DNA of 64,000 bases from Promethearchaeota archaeon (GTDB lineage Archaea; Asgardarchaeota; Lokiarchaeia; Sigyniarchaeales; SOKP01): contig JAUVNS010000004.1 of NCBI GenBank assembly GCA_030599585.1, positions 32,001 through 96,000 of the forward strand, given 5' to 3'. The translations under genes were made by a program, and so were the position numbers. The notes beneath the pieces were generated by a model that had not been told where the DNA came from, made no database searches, and saw only the letters and a list, made by a program, of their open reading frames with translations. Below, one piece after another: positions 29,777 to 39,517 of the stretch (positions are counted from its first letter, which is position 1; the number at the start of each line of letters is the position of its first letter).

Positions 29777-32026
29777 ATGATAAATTGGATTATAGCACTC
29801 TTTTACTTTTTAGAAGAGCTAGGTTTTTTGAAAATTGAAGACATGATCACAAAGAATCTTCCTATATTATTGATTTGCCGTGGCTTCTATTGTCTCACCT
29901 ATGTTCTTAAATATTACAAGAGTCGTAGCGGAATTCCAAACGATGCAAATTCTCTATTTGCTCAAAAAGAAGTCAGCTATTTTATCCTAAAACAAGCAAT
30001 ATTAATCCTCTTTGGAACGATATACTTACCTTTTGCTATTTTCATATCATTCTATTCATTAATGGCGAGCGGGAACTACATTAAAATTGTAGCTGAAAAT
30101 AGAGGAAACAAGTATTTAGCTTTAATAGGAAAACTAATCAATGTTACATCACCTTTATTTGGAATTCTTTGGTATACTTTCATCTCCCTGGATTATTACT
30201 CTATTGCCGCTATAGGTGTAAGTATTGCTGCATTTTTACATTACGGACTAAAAATTTCGTCGTTATCTACAGAAAAGTTGTTAGAAAAGTATCAGAGAAG
30301 GCGTATAGCGAAAGTACCTAAAGTTCTCCAATATATTCTAATTATTTTTCTAATAGCCTTTCCATCAACAGTGATTATAGGTACTGGGGTCTATAAAGTT
30401 CAAGAAAAACAAACTTTTATGGTTCCAATGCGAGACGATATTAATCTCGCTACAGATGTTTATTTTGCTCCTGGTTCCTTTGGAGCTCCTCGTCCGGTAA
30501 TTTTGATAAGAACTCCTTACGATAAATCTGGTTGGGCACAGGAGTTATATTCTCCTATATATTTACTTCAAGATTACCATTTAGTTATTCAGGATTTAAG
30601 GGGCACCCACGATTCTGAAGGGGGAAATGATTTTCTTTTATTTGTTAATTCGTATAATGATGGTGTTGATACAATCGAGTGGTTGATGAATCAAAGCTGG
30701 TGTAATAAAAAGATCGCAAGTGCTGGCGTTTCGGCTCTATGTCTTAACCAATACTATTACGCTGGAATGGGTCCCGAAGGGCTTCTTGCTCAACAGCTCT
30801 GGTTTGGAACCCCTGAAATGTTTGATCACGCAATTTTTCAAGGATCCTATCATAAATCCTCGGTTGAAACGTGGATAAAGAGCACATCCCCATCAAATTG
30901 GGAGTTTCAAGTAGACACGCTTTTTTCTAAAACAATTCCAAAAAATGATATACTCTACAATTCAACCTCGCTTTCAATTCCAATTGGACCGCATTATTCT
31001 AATGTTTCTGTCTATGGAATTCATGTTGGTGGTTGGTATGATCATTTTTTACAAGGAACACTTGATGGTTACATCGGTTACGACGATTTTGGAACTACTA
31101 GAGCACAAGGACATCAAAAATTAGTAATGGGTCCATGGACACATGGTTCGATTTATGGTGGGCAACAGGGAGAGCTATTATATCCTGATAATTCTAATGG
31201 ATTTGATTTATTACTCGATTGGGAAGCCGAGATTTTCGACGAAGCATTGTTAGGTATTCCCGCGGATTGGACTGGAGCGAGAGTTGCATATTATCTAATG
31301 GGTGATGTCGACGTTGCCTCTGAAGATTGGAATTATTGGAGATATGCATACGATTGGCCATTAGATCATATAGATGATGCGTGGTATTTCACTGCGGATG
31401 GAGGATTAAGTAAAACATCTGCTGGCTTAGTAAACAAAAATTTTTCTTATTCATATGATCCTCGACATGTCGTTCCAAATTTAGGAGGCCAAAATCAACC
31501 GTTCGATTTAGCAGGTCCCATGGATCAAAGATCGATAGAAAGTCGATCTGATGTATTGGTATTTGAGAGTTCTGTATTAACTGAAACGGTGGAGACCGTG
31601 GGAAGAATATGGGGCAATTTATTCGTTTCATCAAATTGTACGGACACAGATTTCACTATAAAGTTGACGGATGTATACCCCGATGGGCGATCAATGTTAG
31701 TTACTGATGGATCCTTAACTGTTAGATATAGATACAATTATACATCTGAAGTTTTTATGTCAGGAAATCAAAACGATGTTTATGAATTATTGATTGATTG
31801 TTGGTCATCAGCTTATTCTTTCGCACCAGGACACAAGATTAGAATTGTAATTTCGAGTTCTAATTATCCACGTTTTGCTGCAAATCCTAATACTGGAGCT
31901 CCATTAGCCAGAGAATATCTGATCTCAAATATAGCAAATAATACGCTTCTTGTAGGGCCACTATACAATTCAAGCATCATCTTACCCAGATTAGTTAATA
32001 TGAGTAGCACACATACAATATATTAA
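29777..32026 (+). CDS. CocE/NonD (S15) hydrolase with N-terminal membrane domain
   Basis: VPMRD.INLATDVY, RTPY, QDLRG..DSEG, GGWYD, GPWTH, SSSNYPRF..NPN; ~200-aa TM N-terminus. Confidence 0.9.
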   Translation: MINWIIALFYFLEELGFLKIEDMITKNLPILLICRGFYCLTYVLKYYKSRSGIPNDANSLFAQKEVSYFILKQAILILFGTIYLPFAIFISFYSLMASGNYIKIVAENRGNKYLALIGKLINVTSPLFGILWYTFISLDYYSIAAIGVSIAAFLHYGLKISSLSTEKLLEKYQRRRIAKVPKVLQYILIIFLIAFPSTVIIGTGVYKVQEKQTFMVPMRDDINLATDVYFAPGSFGAPRPVILIRTPYDKSGWAQELYSPIYLLQDYHLVIQDLRGTHDSEGGNDFLLFVNSYNDGVDTIEWLMNQSWCNKKIASAGVSALCLNQYYYAGMGPEGLLAQQLWFGTPEMFDHAIFQGSYHKSSVETWIKSTSPSNWEFQVDTLFSKTIPKNDILYNSTSLSIPIGPHYSNVSVYGIHVGGWYDHFLQGTLDGYIGYDDFGTTRAQGHQKLVMGPWTHGSIYGGQQGELLYPDNSNGFDLLLDWEAEIFDEALLGIPADWTGARVAYYLMGDVDVASEDWNYWRYAYDWPLDHIDDAWYFTADGGLSKTSAGLVNKNFSYSYDPRHVVPNLGGQNQPFDLAGPMDQRSIESRSDVLVFESSVLTETVETVGRIWGNLFVSSNCTDTDFTIKLTDVYPDGRSMLVTDGSLTVRYRYNYTSEVFMSGNQNDVYELLIDCWSSAYSFAPGHKIRIVISSSNYPRFAANPNTGAPLAREYLISNIANNTLLVGPLYNSSIILPRLVNMSSTHTIY

Positions 32027-32084
32027 TTCTTTTTTTTTTTTTTAAGACTAACTGAGAAGTAAGAACAAAAAAATAATTATAAAA

Positions 32085-32321
32085 TTACTCAATCATCTTT
32101 AGAAAATCAAGCTCATTGATAAAAGTTACACCAAGATTTCGGGCTCTATTAAACTTATCAGAGCTTGCATTTGGATTATTTGTAACTAAATACCACAAAT
32201 CGTTAGATATTTCGTCCCTAATGAGTCCTCCTTTTTCAAGGACCCTTTTTTTTGCTTCGTCTCTATTAATTTCTTTTAGATCTTTTGAAAAATAAAATTT
32301 AATTAAAGATAAATCAGCGAT
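32085..32321 (-). CDS. Stand-alone BRCT-domain protein (ATC start); absent from ORF track
   Basis: Translates ...NRDEAKKRVLEKGGLIRDEISNDLWYLVTN...SSDKFNRARNLGVTFINELDFLKMIE, a LigA/RFC-type BRCT pattern; AGGTGA SD 6 nt upstream, whose TGA is an in-frame stop. Confidence 0.8.
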   Translation of the reverse strand: MADLSLIKFYFSKDLKEINRDEAKKRVLEKGGLIRDEISNDLWYLVTNNPNASSDKFNRARNLGVTFINELDFLKMIE

Positions 32322-32460
32322 AATTAATCACCTTTCTGAATTAATATTAATAAATGTAATTTTGATATGTTAAGTAAAACGTGTATATATTAAAAGACGA
32401 AGACTATAAAAAATTCTAAATTTTTAAAATAAGGTGTAAGAAGATTTTGAGATTAAATAC

Positions 32461-32901
32461 CTATTCCGCCAGATAGCAGACTACTAACCCATCAATGTTC
32501 TTGGTTGCTCTAATCTTGATTTTCCTTGGAGGTTTTTGGATTCCTCTTGACCAGATCTTCTCGTTAACTTCTTGCGAAATGACTAAAGATTCGGGTTTAA
32601 AATGTCTCTCCATAAATTCTCTAAGATATCTAACTGCTTTTTTAGCCCGTTTATTCCTTGGACCATTCCGTGCTTTAGCTAATGGTATTACATATATCCT
32701 TTCATCTATGATTTCTTCTTCTGGGGGTTTTTCTCCTTCTATTTCTTCTAATCCCTCAAGTTCCTCTTCAAAAACTTCGCTAACTTCCTCTCCTTCAGAT
32801 ACTTCATCTAAACTGAATTCGTCGATTTCTTCAATTTCCTCTTCCGCTAATTCTTCTTCTAAATCGTCTAAACTGATTTCTTTTGATTTTTTTTTTGCCA
32901 T
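32461..32901 (-). CDS. rpl31e: Ribosomal protein L31e (eL31) with long acidic N-terminal extension
   Basis: ERIYVIPL...RAKKAVRYLREF...VNEKIWSRGIQKPPRKI. Confidence 0.95.
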   Translation of the reverse strand: MAKKKSKEISLDDLEEELAEEEIEEIDEFSLDEVSEGEEVSEVFEEELEGLEEIEGEKPPEEEIIDERIYVIPLAKARNGPRNKRAKKAVRYLREFMERHFKPESLVISQEVNEKIWSRGIQKPPRKIKIRATKNIDGLVVCYLAE

Positions 32902-32903
32902 GC

Positions 32904-33065
32904 TTAATCTCTCTTTAATCTAGTATTTCGCCATTCTCTTCTAGAGTTAGGACTTGATCTAACTTTTCCCCCAGTCCTCCGAACAACCCAATTTGGAACT
33001 GAACGACTCTGTTTCATACTCTTAGCTCTTCGTAATTTTGAAGGTAAATCTTTATTGCGTGCCAT
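32904..33065 (-). CDS. rpl39e: Ribosomal protein L39e (eL39); below ORF-track length cutoff
   Basis: MARNKDLPSKLRRAKSMKQSRSVPNWVVRRTGGKVRSSPNSRREWRNTRLKRD. Confidence 0.93.
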   Translation of the reverse strand: MARNKDLPSKLRRAKSMKQSRSVPNWVVRRTGGKVRSSPNSRREWRNTRLKRD

Positions 33066-33082
33066 TTTCTTAATCTCAAGTT

Positions 33083-33421
33083 TTATTTTTTAATATTAAA
33101 TTCTTTTTTGCTACCTGCTGTAATTTTTTCTAAAATTTTTTTAAACTCTTTATCAGGTAACGGTGTAGCTCCACGCAGTTTTCCCGATTGGAATAACTGT
33201 ATTAATTGTAATTCAATCTGCTCAGCAAATTGTGGTTTAACTATTCTAATGTTTTCTAATCGCTGACGTCCTTCTTGACTTAATACTTTTCGCATAATTT
33301 GGTATTTTTGGTTGGTATACTGCTGTTGTTGTTGTGATGCTACTTGTTGTTGAATTGCCTGCTGTTGCAATTGTTCTAATTTCCTCTTCCTAATAGCTTC
33401 TAATTCTTCCTCGTCGCTCAA
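33083..33421 (-). CDS. PDCD5-family DNA-binding protein
   Basis: ELEAIRKRKLEQLQ...LSQEGRQRLENIRIVKP...LIQL; sits between rps19e and rpl39e. Confidence 0.92.
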   Translation of the reverse strand: MSDEEELEAIRKRKLEQLQQQAIQQQVASQQQQQYTNQKYQIMRKVLSQEGRQRLENIRIVKPQFAEQIELQLIQLFQSGKLRGATPLPDKEFKKILEKITAGSKKEFNIKK

Positions 33422-33453
33422 AGTTAAACTCCAAGAAGTATTGTTTGTTAAAG

Positions 33454-33876
33454 TTACTTTCTTAAAATTCCATAGGCGGTTCTTTCTAGAAGGCTAGTTC
33501 CTTCTGGTGTAACTATTTTACCCGCCCTGTCTTGCTTCATTATTAAATTAGCTTTCTCTAACTGCTGCAATGCTACTCGTATGATCTTTCCGCTCCCTTT
33601 AGCGCTGTGGTGTCGACCTGGACCTTTTCTATTTTTTCCTCCGTAGTATTTTCTGAGTTTATTTACCCCAACCGGACCAAATTTCTTTATCTTTCTTAAA
33701 AGTGAGGCACACCTAATATACCAGAAATTCTCGTGATCGATAGGAGCTAATTCCTTAAAAAATGCAGTCTTCCAAAATTCGGATCCCTCGGGTGGGCTAA
33801 TTTCGGGAAATTCTCTTAATTTTTCTGCTAAGATTTTAATAAGCTTCTCTGGTTCAACGATATATATGCTAATTAT
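33454..33876 (-). CDS. rps19e: Ribosomal protein S19e (eS19), probable ATA start; absent from ORF track
   Basis: Translates (M)ISIYIVEPEKLI...FWYIRCASLLRKI...GPVGVNKLRKYYGG...GSGKIIRVALQQLE; in-frame TAA at 33892-33894. Confidence 0.95.
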   Translation of the reverse strand: MISIYIVEPEKLIKILAEKLREFPEISPPEGSEFWKTAFFKELAPIDHENFWYIRCASLLRKIKKFGPVGVNKLRKYYGGKNRKGPGRHHSAKGSGKIIRVALQQLEKANLIMKQDRAGKIVTPEGTSLLERTAYGILRK

Positions 33877-33964
33877 ATTACACCAAGAATTTTAATATTA
33901 TATGATACATTTAAAAAGATTAAGTAGATTAAAAATTTTATGGTAAAAGTGGTATTTTAGGGCA

Positions 33965-34237
33965 ATGAGTCATCAAAACGAGTTTAAAAAAGTATTATTA
34001 TCATCACCACACGCTACATTAGGAAAGAAGGGAATTACAGAAGAATTTATATTACATGTGCAGCATTTACTCAAGAAATATAAAATAATCAAAATTAAGA
34101 TGTTAAAATCAATCGCAACAAAAACTAATATCCAAAGTATTGCTGAACAAATATCAAACTCCACAAATTCTAACCTATTGGATGTCAGAGGAAAAACAAT
34201 TATCATCTCGAAGAAAAAATTCAACAAAGGGAATTAA
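33965..34237 (+). CDS. YhbY/CRM-domain RNA-binding protein
   Basis: LGKKGIT, KIIKIK, DVRGKTIII. Confidence 0.88.
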   Translation: MSHQNEFKKVLLSSPHATLGKKGITEEFILHVQHLLKKYKIIKIKMLKSIATKTNIQSIAEQISNSTNSNLLDVRGKTIIISKKKFNKGN

Positions 34238-34258
34238 ATATAATGTGAAGTATCCACA

Positions 34259-34591
34259 ATGGTGAAAAATAAAAGGAGAAACAAGAATATCGTCAAACAA
34301 ATAGCAGATACTCGGATGCAATATTTATTTCAAAAAGCACATGAAATATTCCCACAAAATAAAGAATTAGCTAATAGATATGTGTATTTAGCGAGACGAT
34401 ATGCACAAAGAGCAAAGATTCAAATTCCTTCGATATGGAAAAAAAGAATTTGTCACAAATGTAAGAAATTTCTTTACCCAGGTATTAATAACAGGACCAG
34501 AATTCATTCAAAGGGTAAAGGTTCTCATGTATCTTCAACATGTTTGGATTGTAATCATGTAACTCGATATTTTATTAAGATCAAGTCATAA
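34259..34591 (+). CDS. rnp4: RNase P protein Rpp21
   Basis: ANRYVYLARR, KRICHKC..FLYPG, CLDC. Confidence 0.92.
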   Translation: MVKNKRRNKNIVKQIADTRMQYLFQKAHEIFPQNKELANRYVYLARRYAQRAKIQIPSIWKKRICHKCKKFLYPGINNRTRIHSKGKGSHVSSTCLDCNHVTRYFIKIKS

Positions 34592-34624
34592 ATGAAATAA
34601 AAATTAGAATCACATCAATATAAA

Positions 34625-35299
34625 ATGCCTTTAACAATAATTTTTGTGGAATGCGGATTAGAACTCATCCCATCAACTATTAAGAATCATCCTGCCATTC
34701 AAAAAAATTTAAAGAAGGATTCTTACCCTTCTAAACTCCTTGATAACGCAATTCACCATTCCGCTATGGTTAGGCTAGATGCTGCTGAACAAAGAGGCCG
34801 CCCCGATATTACTCACGCTTGCCTTCTTAATGCCTTAGGGTCAACCGCTAATAAAAGTGGTAACCTAAAAATATATCTTCATACATTCGAAAATAAAATA
34901 TTCGAAATAAACCCAGCTATAAAAATCGCCAGAAATTATAATAGATTTAAAGGCTTAATGGCAAAATTATTGATGGAAAATGAAATAAGAATTAAAAACC
35001 TCGTATTAATTTCAGAATTTAAAGGTACCTTAAGAGAGTTAATAAACACCATTGATAATAAGGAAGTCATGCTCCTCTCTAATAAAGGAGAACTAGCAAA
35101 AAACCCCCTCTTATTATTTAATAAGGATTTATCTAAAGATTTAGTAGTTATTATTGGTTGTTTTCAAAAAGGTTTTTTTACGGATGAAATTTTGGAACTA
35201 AGCAATAGACTGGTATCAATTTCTCATTATTCGCTAGATGCGTGGGTTGTTTTGAGTAGAGTTATAACTCTCTATGAAATTGCTAACGATATTTTATGA
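34625..35299 (+). CDS. nep1: SSU rRNA pseudouridine N1-methyltransferase Nep1/Emg1
   Basis: RGRPDITHACLL, RNYNRFKGLM, IIGCFQKG. Confidence 0.93.
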   Translation: MPLTIIFVECGLELIPSTIKNHPAIQKNLKKDSYPSKLLDNAIHHSAMVRLDAAEQRGRPDITHACLLNALGSTANKSGNLKIYLHTFENKIFEINPAIKIARNYNRFKGLMAKLLMENEIRIKNLVLISEFKGTLRELINTIDNKEVMLLSNKGELAKNPLLLFNKDLSKDLVVIIGCFQKGFFTDEILELSNRLVSISHYSLDAWVVLSRVITLYEIANDIL

Positions 35300-35406
35300 C
35301 GATAGGTATCAGAAAGTTTTTTTTAAATCTTTAATAATTACATTTAACATATTTATATTCATTTCCACCTGAAAAAAAATATTAAATACCTTTCTTGTTC
35401 TGCATC

Positions 35407-35478
35407 GCGCTTTTGGTATAGTGGTTAGAATATCAGGTTTCCAACCTGACGACCCGGGTTCAATTCCCGGAAGGCGCA
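35407..35478 (+). tRNA. tRNA-Gly(TCC)
   Basis: GCGCTTT/AAGGCGC acceptor; TCAGG-TTTCCAA-CCTGA anticodon arm; CCGGG-TTCAATT-CCCGG T arm. Confidence 0.95.
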
Positions 35479-35658
35479 TTTATTTATTAAATCTTAAAGG
35501 ATTAAAGAGAATCCTTGAAATTAATTTAAGTTTGAATTATGATAACTTTTCTTCTTAAGGGGGTCTTAGATAATGTCTTCCCAAAGACTAATTAAATCTC
35601 CTTCAGTATAGCAATCAAATATGATAAAGTTATTTAAAAAAGCTGTGGTATTATTTTT

Positions 35659-36732
35659 ATGCCGATATTGAACAAACGATTGTTAAGACCAGATGTAAAG
35701 AAACTCCATCAAAGGAGTCAAAAAATAGTTACGAAAGGAGCACTCGAAATTGCGGAAAAGGAAGGAGTCGACATTATAAAAATACTTTCAATAATTGCGA
35801 ACGGAAATAAGCGATTCTACGAGATACTCGAAACTGGAGAAGGTAAAACAGAGGATCTTTACGATCTTATAAATAGAGACCAAATGAGGCAGTTAGCAAA
35901 GATTTTTCGAGGTGCAATGGAATATAAAGGGAAAATTCTACAAGAACAGCATCCGTTGTCTCCAGATGTAAAAATTGAATCTGTTGATGCCGGAGGAGTG
36001 CCTGCAGAGTGGCAAATCTCTGAGGGTGTTGACGAAAATAAAATCTTATTGTATTTCCACGGAGGAGGACATGTGTTAGGATCTCCAATGTCCAGCCGAC
36101 CTTATACAGTTGAGATTGGAAAAGCTGCGCGTGTAAGAATATTGAGCGTAGATTATGCTCTTGCCCCTGAACATCCATTCCCTGAGGGTCCAAACGATTG
36201 CTTTACATCTTATAAATGGCTTCTTTCGAATGGATGTAAACCTGAAAATATCATTATCGGTGGAGCTTCTGCGGGCGGAAACATGACTCTTGCAACTCTT
36301 ATTAAAATTAAAGAGGATGGTATTACTATGCCCAGAGGTGCTATAGTTCTCTCTCCCGGTATTGATTATACGACAAACAGTAAAACAATTCTAGAGAATG
36401 CCCCTACAGATTGTGTTATGGCAGATGTGGGCGTTTTTTGGTGGATTCCCGCATATTTAAACGGAGAAGATCCTAATAATCCTCTCGCATGCCCAATCTT
36501 TGCTGACTTTACCGGTTTCCCTTCAATTTTAGCGCAAGTAAGCACAAGTGAGATGGTCTACGATCATTCTACTCGATTAGTGGAACTCGCGAAAGCTGCC
36601 GGTGTTAATGCCATCCTACAAGAATGGGATGATATGCCCCACGTCTGGCAAAATTACGGTCTTTACGACCTTCCTGAAGCAAAAGAAGCTATAGATAAAA
36701 TTGGTCAATTTATAAAAGATCTGTTTGATTAA
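35659..36732 (+). CDS. HSL-family alpha/beta hydrolase (esterase)
   Basis: HGGG, DYALAPEHPFP, GASAGG, MPHVW. Confidence 0.92.
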   Translation: MPILNKRLLRPDVKKLHQRSQKIVTKGALEIAEKEGVDIIKILSIIANGNKRFYEILETGEGKTEDLYDLINRDQMRQLAKIFRGAMEYKGKILQEQHPLSPDVKIESVDAGGVPAEWQISEGVDENKILLYFHGGGHVLGSPMSSRPYTVEIGKAARVRILSVDYALAPEHPFPEGPNDCFTSYKWLLSNGCKPENIIIGGASAGGNMTLATLIKIKEDGITMPRGAIVLSPGIDYTTNSKTILENAPTDCVMADVGVFWWIPAYLNGEDPNNPLACPIFADFTGFPSILAQVSTSEMVYDHSTRLVELAKAAGVNAILQEWDDMPHVWQNYGLYDLPEAKEAIDKIGQFIKDLFD

Positions 36733-36866
36733 TCAAAATGAGGACATATGTAAGTTTGATCATTAAAAATAAAGGTTTCAAAAGGCATTGAAACTCTAAT
36801 TCTCAAATCTACTCTTAGAAATAGAAATGATTTCACATCTTAAATAGTTGAGATTAATTTTTATAC

Positions 36867-38975
36867 TCACGAATCTTTCTTGTCAGAGTTAAACACCAAA
36901 CTCTTTATTGTAACAGGAAAAGCCTTACGATTTTTAGTTTGAAAGGGTGCCCCTATATCAATCCAATCTCCTGCTTCTAATTCCAATTCATCTAAGCAAA
37001 AGAGGTTATTTTTTATAGCCGTATTCTTCTTAAGGGTTAATCCAAGCATTTTTCCGCCATCCCCTCGCAAGATAACCAGAATTAATTTATTATTGGCAAT
37101 GGAATTAGGTAATGCAATCTCTATGATTTTTGCTAGGGCAACAATACTAGATCCAATTAAAATATCCTTAAAGTATAATGCGAATATATCTTCTCCCTCA
37201 ATCAGGCTAAAATTCTTTAGGGAGCGTGAAATTATATCTTTAAACTCATTCATTCTGTCTTCATTGTATAAATCCTTGCTATCTATATTTATTGGCACGA
37301 CAGGTACATTTTCCAGAGGGAGTTCTACTGATTCGTCATAATAACAGGTGGATCCCGAAACTGAAAGAGAAAATGACCCTGCTCCAATAACAGTTGCCCG
37401 AATTTTGTTTTCTGGTTCGATTAATGGCAAATTGTTTTCTTCAATGAGGTGTTTTATTTCTTCTGCAAGATACCTACCTATATCATTATAGGGGTTTGAA
37501 GTTTCATTAGATTCTTTATCCATACCTATATCATAAATCATCTCAGCAACTCCTCCAGAAAATGAATAACTATCAATTGGGACTAAAATTTTGATATCGT
37601 CCGTCATCATAAGTAATTTAGCAATCTTACTTGTAGCAGGTCCTCTCATAACTTCAAACAGCGCTTTTGCATATTCTTTTGTTATTTTTAGAACATCCTC
37701 CTCAAAAATGATATCTCCTAGAGAATAACTCATTTTTAGTTCTTTCATAATCCATTCTGTGGGTTCATCTATCCTCCAGATTTTTAAATCTTTATCGATT
37801 CCTAATAATCTCCCCCCAACATTGATACACGAAGTGCTTAGAACATCCCCTTTTGAAGCAATAGCAATGTTACTTGTACCTCCCCCTAAATCAATATTCA
37901 TTAAATTTTTCTGAGTCCTTTTTGATTGTTCAACAATTCCACTTCCCATAATTCCGAGCGTTGATTCAAAATTTGGACCTGCAGAGGCGCTGACAAATTT
38001 TCCTGATTCTGATGATAATCTTTTCACAATTTCCGCAGCGTTTTCCTTCTTTGCTGTTTCTCCAGTAACAATAACTGCTCCCGTATCTACCATTTCAGGT
38101 GTGATCTCCGCCCGTTCATATTCTTTCTTGCAGAATTCTATAACTTTTTCAATGTCTATATTAAATCTGTCAATTAGTGGAGTAAAAATAATATTTCCCT
38201 CATAGAGAATCTCTCGATTAACGAGCATAAATCGATTTGACATATTGAAAAAGCTGGTTTCCCTTTTTAAACTAAGGCGTGAAAAAATTAGATGGGAGGT
38301 TGACGATCCAATATCTATGCCGACACTTAAGATATTAAGATATTCTGCATCAGTTTCAGCAGAGTCTGAATGACCCATTAATACTTCTGCCGGATATATC
38401 TTAATTTCTTCTAATTCTGTTTCATCTTTGTTTTCTTCCTCAATTTTAACTATTTTAATTACCATTTCCTTATCGTGATGTTTTGGTAATTCTACCTTTT
38501 CATCAGAATTATCAATTTTTTCCTTCATTTCAGGTGGAATTTCAAAACTCTCATTACAGACCGTACAAAAATATCGAAGTTCAAATGATTTATTACTCCC
38601 AGGTAAAACTGGTCCACTTCTATTTTTCTTAGCTTTTTTATCATTAATCTGTCTTCTTATTCGATCTAAAGTGGCTTTAAAAGTACCACCAATCAATGCA
38701 TTACAAATTTCATCAAATTCTTTTCCGGGCTTTAAAATCGTATTTAAAGCAGGTTTTACCATCATAATTAGTCTGTAATATTGGGAAAGTTCTGTAATAT
38801 CTTCTTTTGCATGTTCTTTAAGGAGTCGATCAAGTTCTTGGATGAATTTATCCACTACTTCCTCTGAATCTTGTCGACCGTTTTTCTCAAGGAGAAACGC
38901 TACAAAAAACTTTAGACCGTTTTTCTGAGATTCGATATTAATTTCAATATTCGCGATTCTTTCATTGATGTCCAT
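36867..38975 (-). CDS. eutA: EutA-family reactivase fused to an N-terminal helical + metal-ribbon region
   Basis: SVGIDIGSSTS, GAVIVTGETAKKENA, NVGGRL, IRATVIGAG, PVTIKSLVF; extra ~200-aa N-terminus. Confidence 0.85.
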   Translation of the reverse strand: MDINERIANIEINIESQKNGLKFFVAFLLEKNGRQDSEEVVDKFIQELDRLLKEHAKEDITELSQYYRLIMMVKPALNTILKPGKEFDEICNALIGGTFKATLDRIRRQINDKKAKKNRSGPVLPGSNKSFELRYFCTVCNESFEIPPEMKEKIDNSDEKVELPKHHDKEMVIKIVKIEEENKDETELEEIKIYPAEVLMGHSDSAETDAEYLNILSVGIDIGSSTSHLIFSRLSLKRETSFFNMSNRFMLVNREILYEGNIIFTPLIDRFNIDIEKVIEFCKKEYERAEITPEMVDTGAVIVTGETAKKENAAEIVKRLSSESGKFVSASAGPNFESTLGIMGSGIVEQSKRTQKNLMNIDLGGGTSNIAIASKGDVLSTSCINVGGRLLGIDKDLKIWRIDEPTEWIMKELKMSYSLGDIIFEEDVLKITKEYAKALFEVMRGPATSKIAKLLMMTDDIKILVPIDSYSFSGGVAEMIYDIGMDKESNETSNPYNDIGRYLAEEIKHLIEENNLPLIEPENKIRATVIGAGSFSLSVSGSTCYYDESVELPLENVPVVPINIDSKDLYNEDRMNEFKDIISRSLKNFSLIEGEDIFALYFKDILIGSSIVALAKIIEIALPNSIANNKLILVILRGDGGKMLGLTLKKNTAIKNNLFCLDELELEAGDWIDIGAPFQTKNRKAFPVTIKSLVFNSDKKDS

Positions 38976-39093
38976 TTTTATGCATCTAGTTAAGTTTTAT
39001 TTCGATTTATATTAGATAAATTCAAAATTTCTATCTAAATTCATAATATTTTTTAGTTGTATTTTATTTATATAATTATGGTTTATGTATTTT

Positions 39094-39145
39094 AAGATAC
39101 AATAACATACCAAGAACTTAAATAGGAAGATACAATAATATACCA
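39094..39145 (+). promoter_or_regulatory. 19-bp direct repeats flanking a TATA box (candidate operator)
   Basis: AAGATACAATAACATACCA (39094) and AAGATACAATAATATACCA (39127) around CTTAAATA. Confidence 0.6.
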
Positions 39146-39151
39146 TATACT

Positions 39152-39517
39152 ATGACAATCGAATTAAAACAACGAAGAACACTCCAAGAGCGCGTTGAAG
39201 CCATCTTTAATTTCATTGATTTACAAAAGGGAGTCTTTCCTAAAAGTCGTCTTAAAGAAATCGGACTTAACCCTCATACAGCAGGAAAATGGCTGAAATT
39301 AATTGATTTCATACAAAATCAACCAAAAATTCGAATAATTCAAACAGAGCATAATACTCTCGTAGAAAAAGTAGAGGGAAAGTATCAAGCTCTTATGAGA
39401 AAGATGATCATAGACGAAACACTTCCATTTGAACAAAGGCTCCAACATGTGACAGATTACTTAAAATCTTTATACGCTCGTGAACGAGTTACTAAATTAA
39501 AAAGTGCAAATCATTAG
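39152..39517 (+). CDS. Small putative HTH/DNA-binding protein
   Basis: KSRLKEIGLNPHTAGKWLKLI resembles an HTH. Confidence 0.6.
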   Translation: MTIELKQRRTLQERVEAIFNFIDLQKGVFPKSRLKEIGLNPHTAGKWLKLIDFIQNQPKIRIIQTEHNTLVEKVEGKYQALMRKMIIDETLPFEQRLQHVTDYLKSLYARERVTKLKSANH

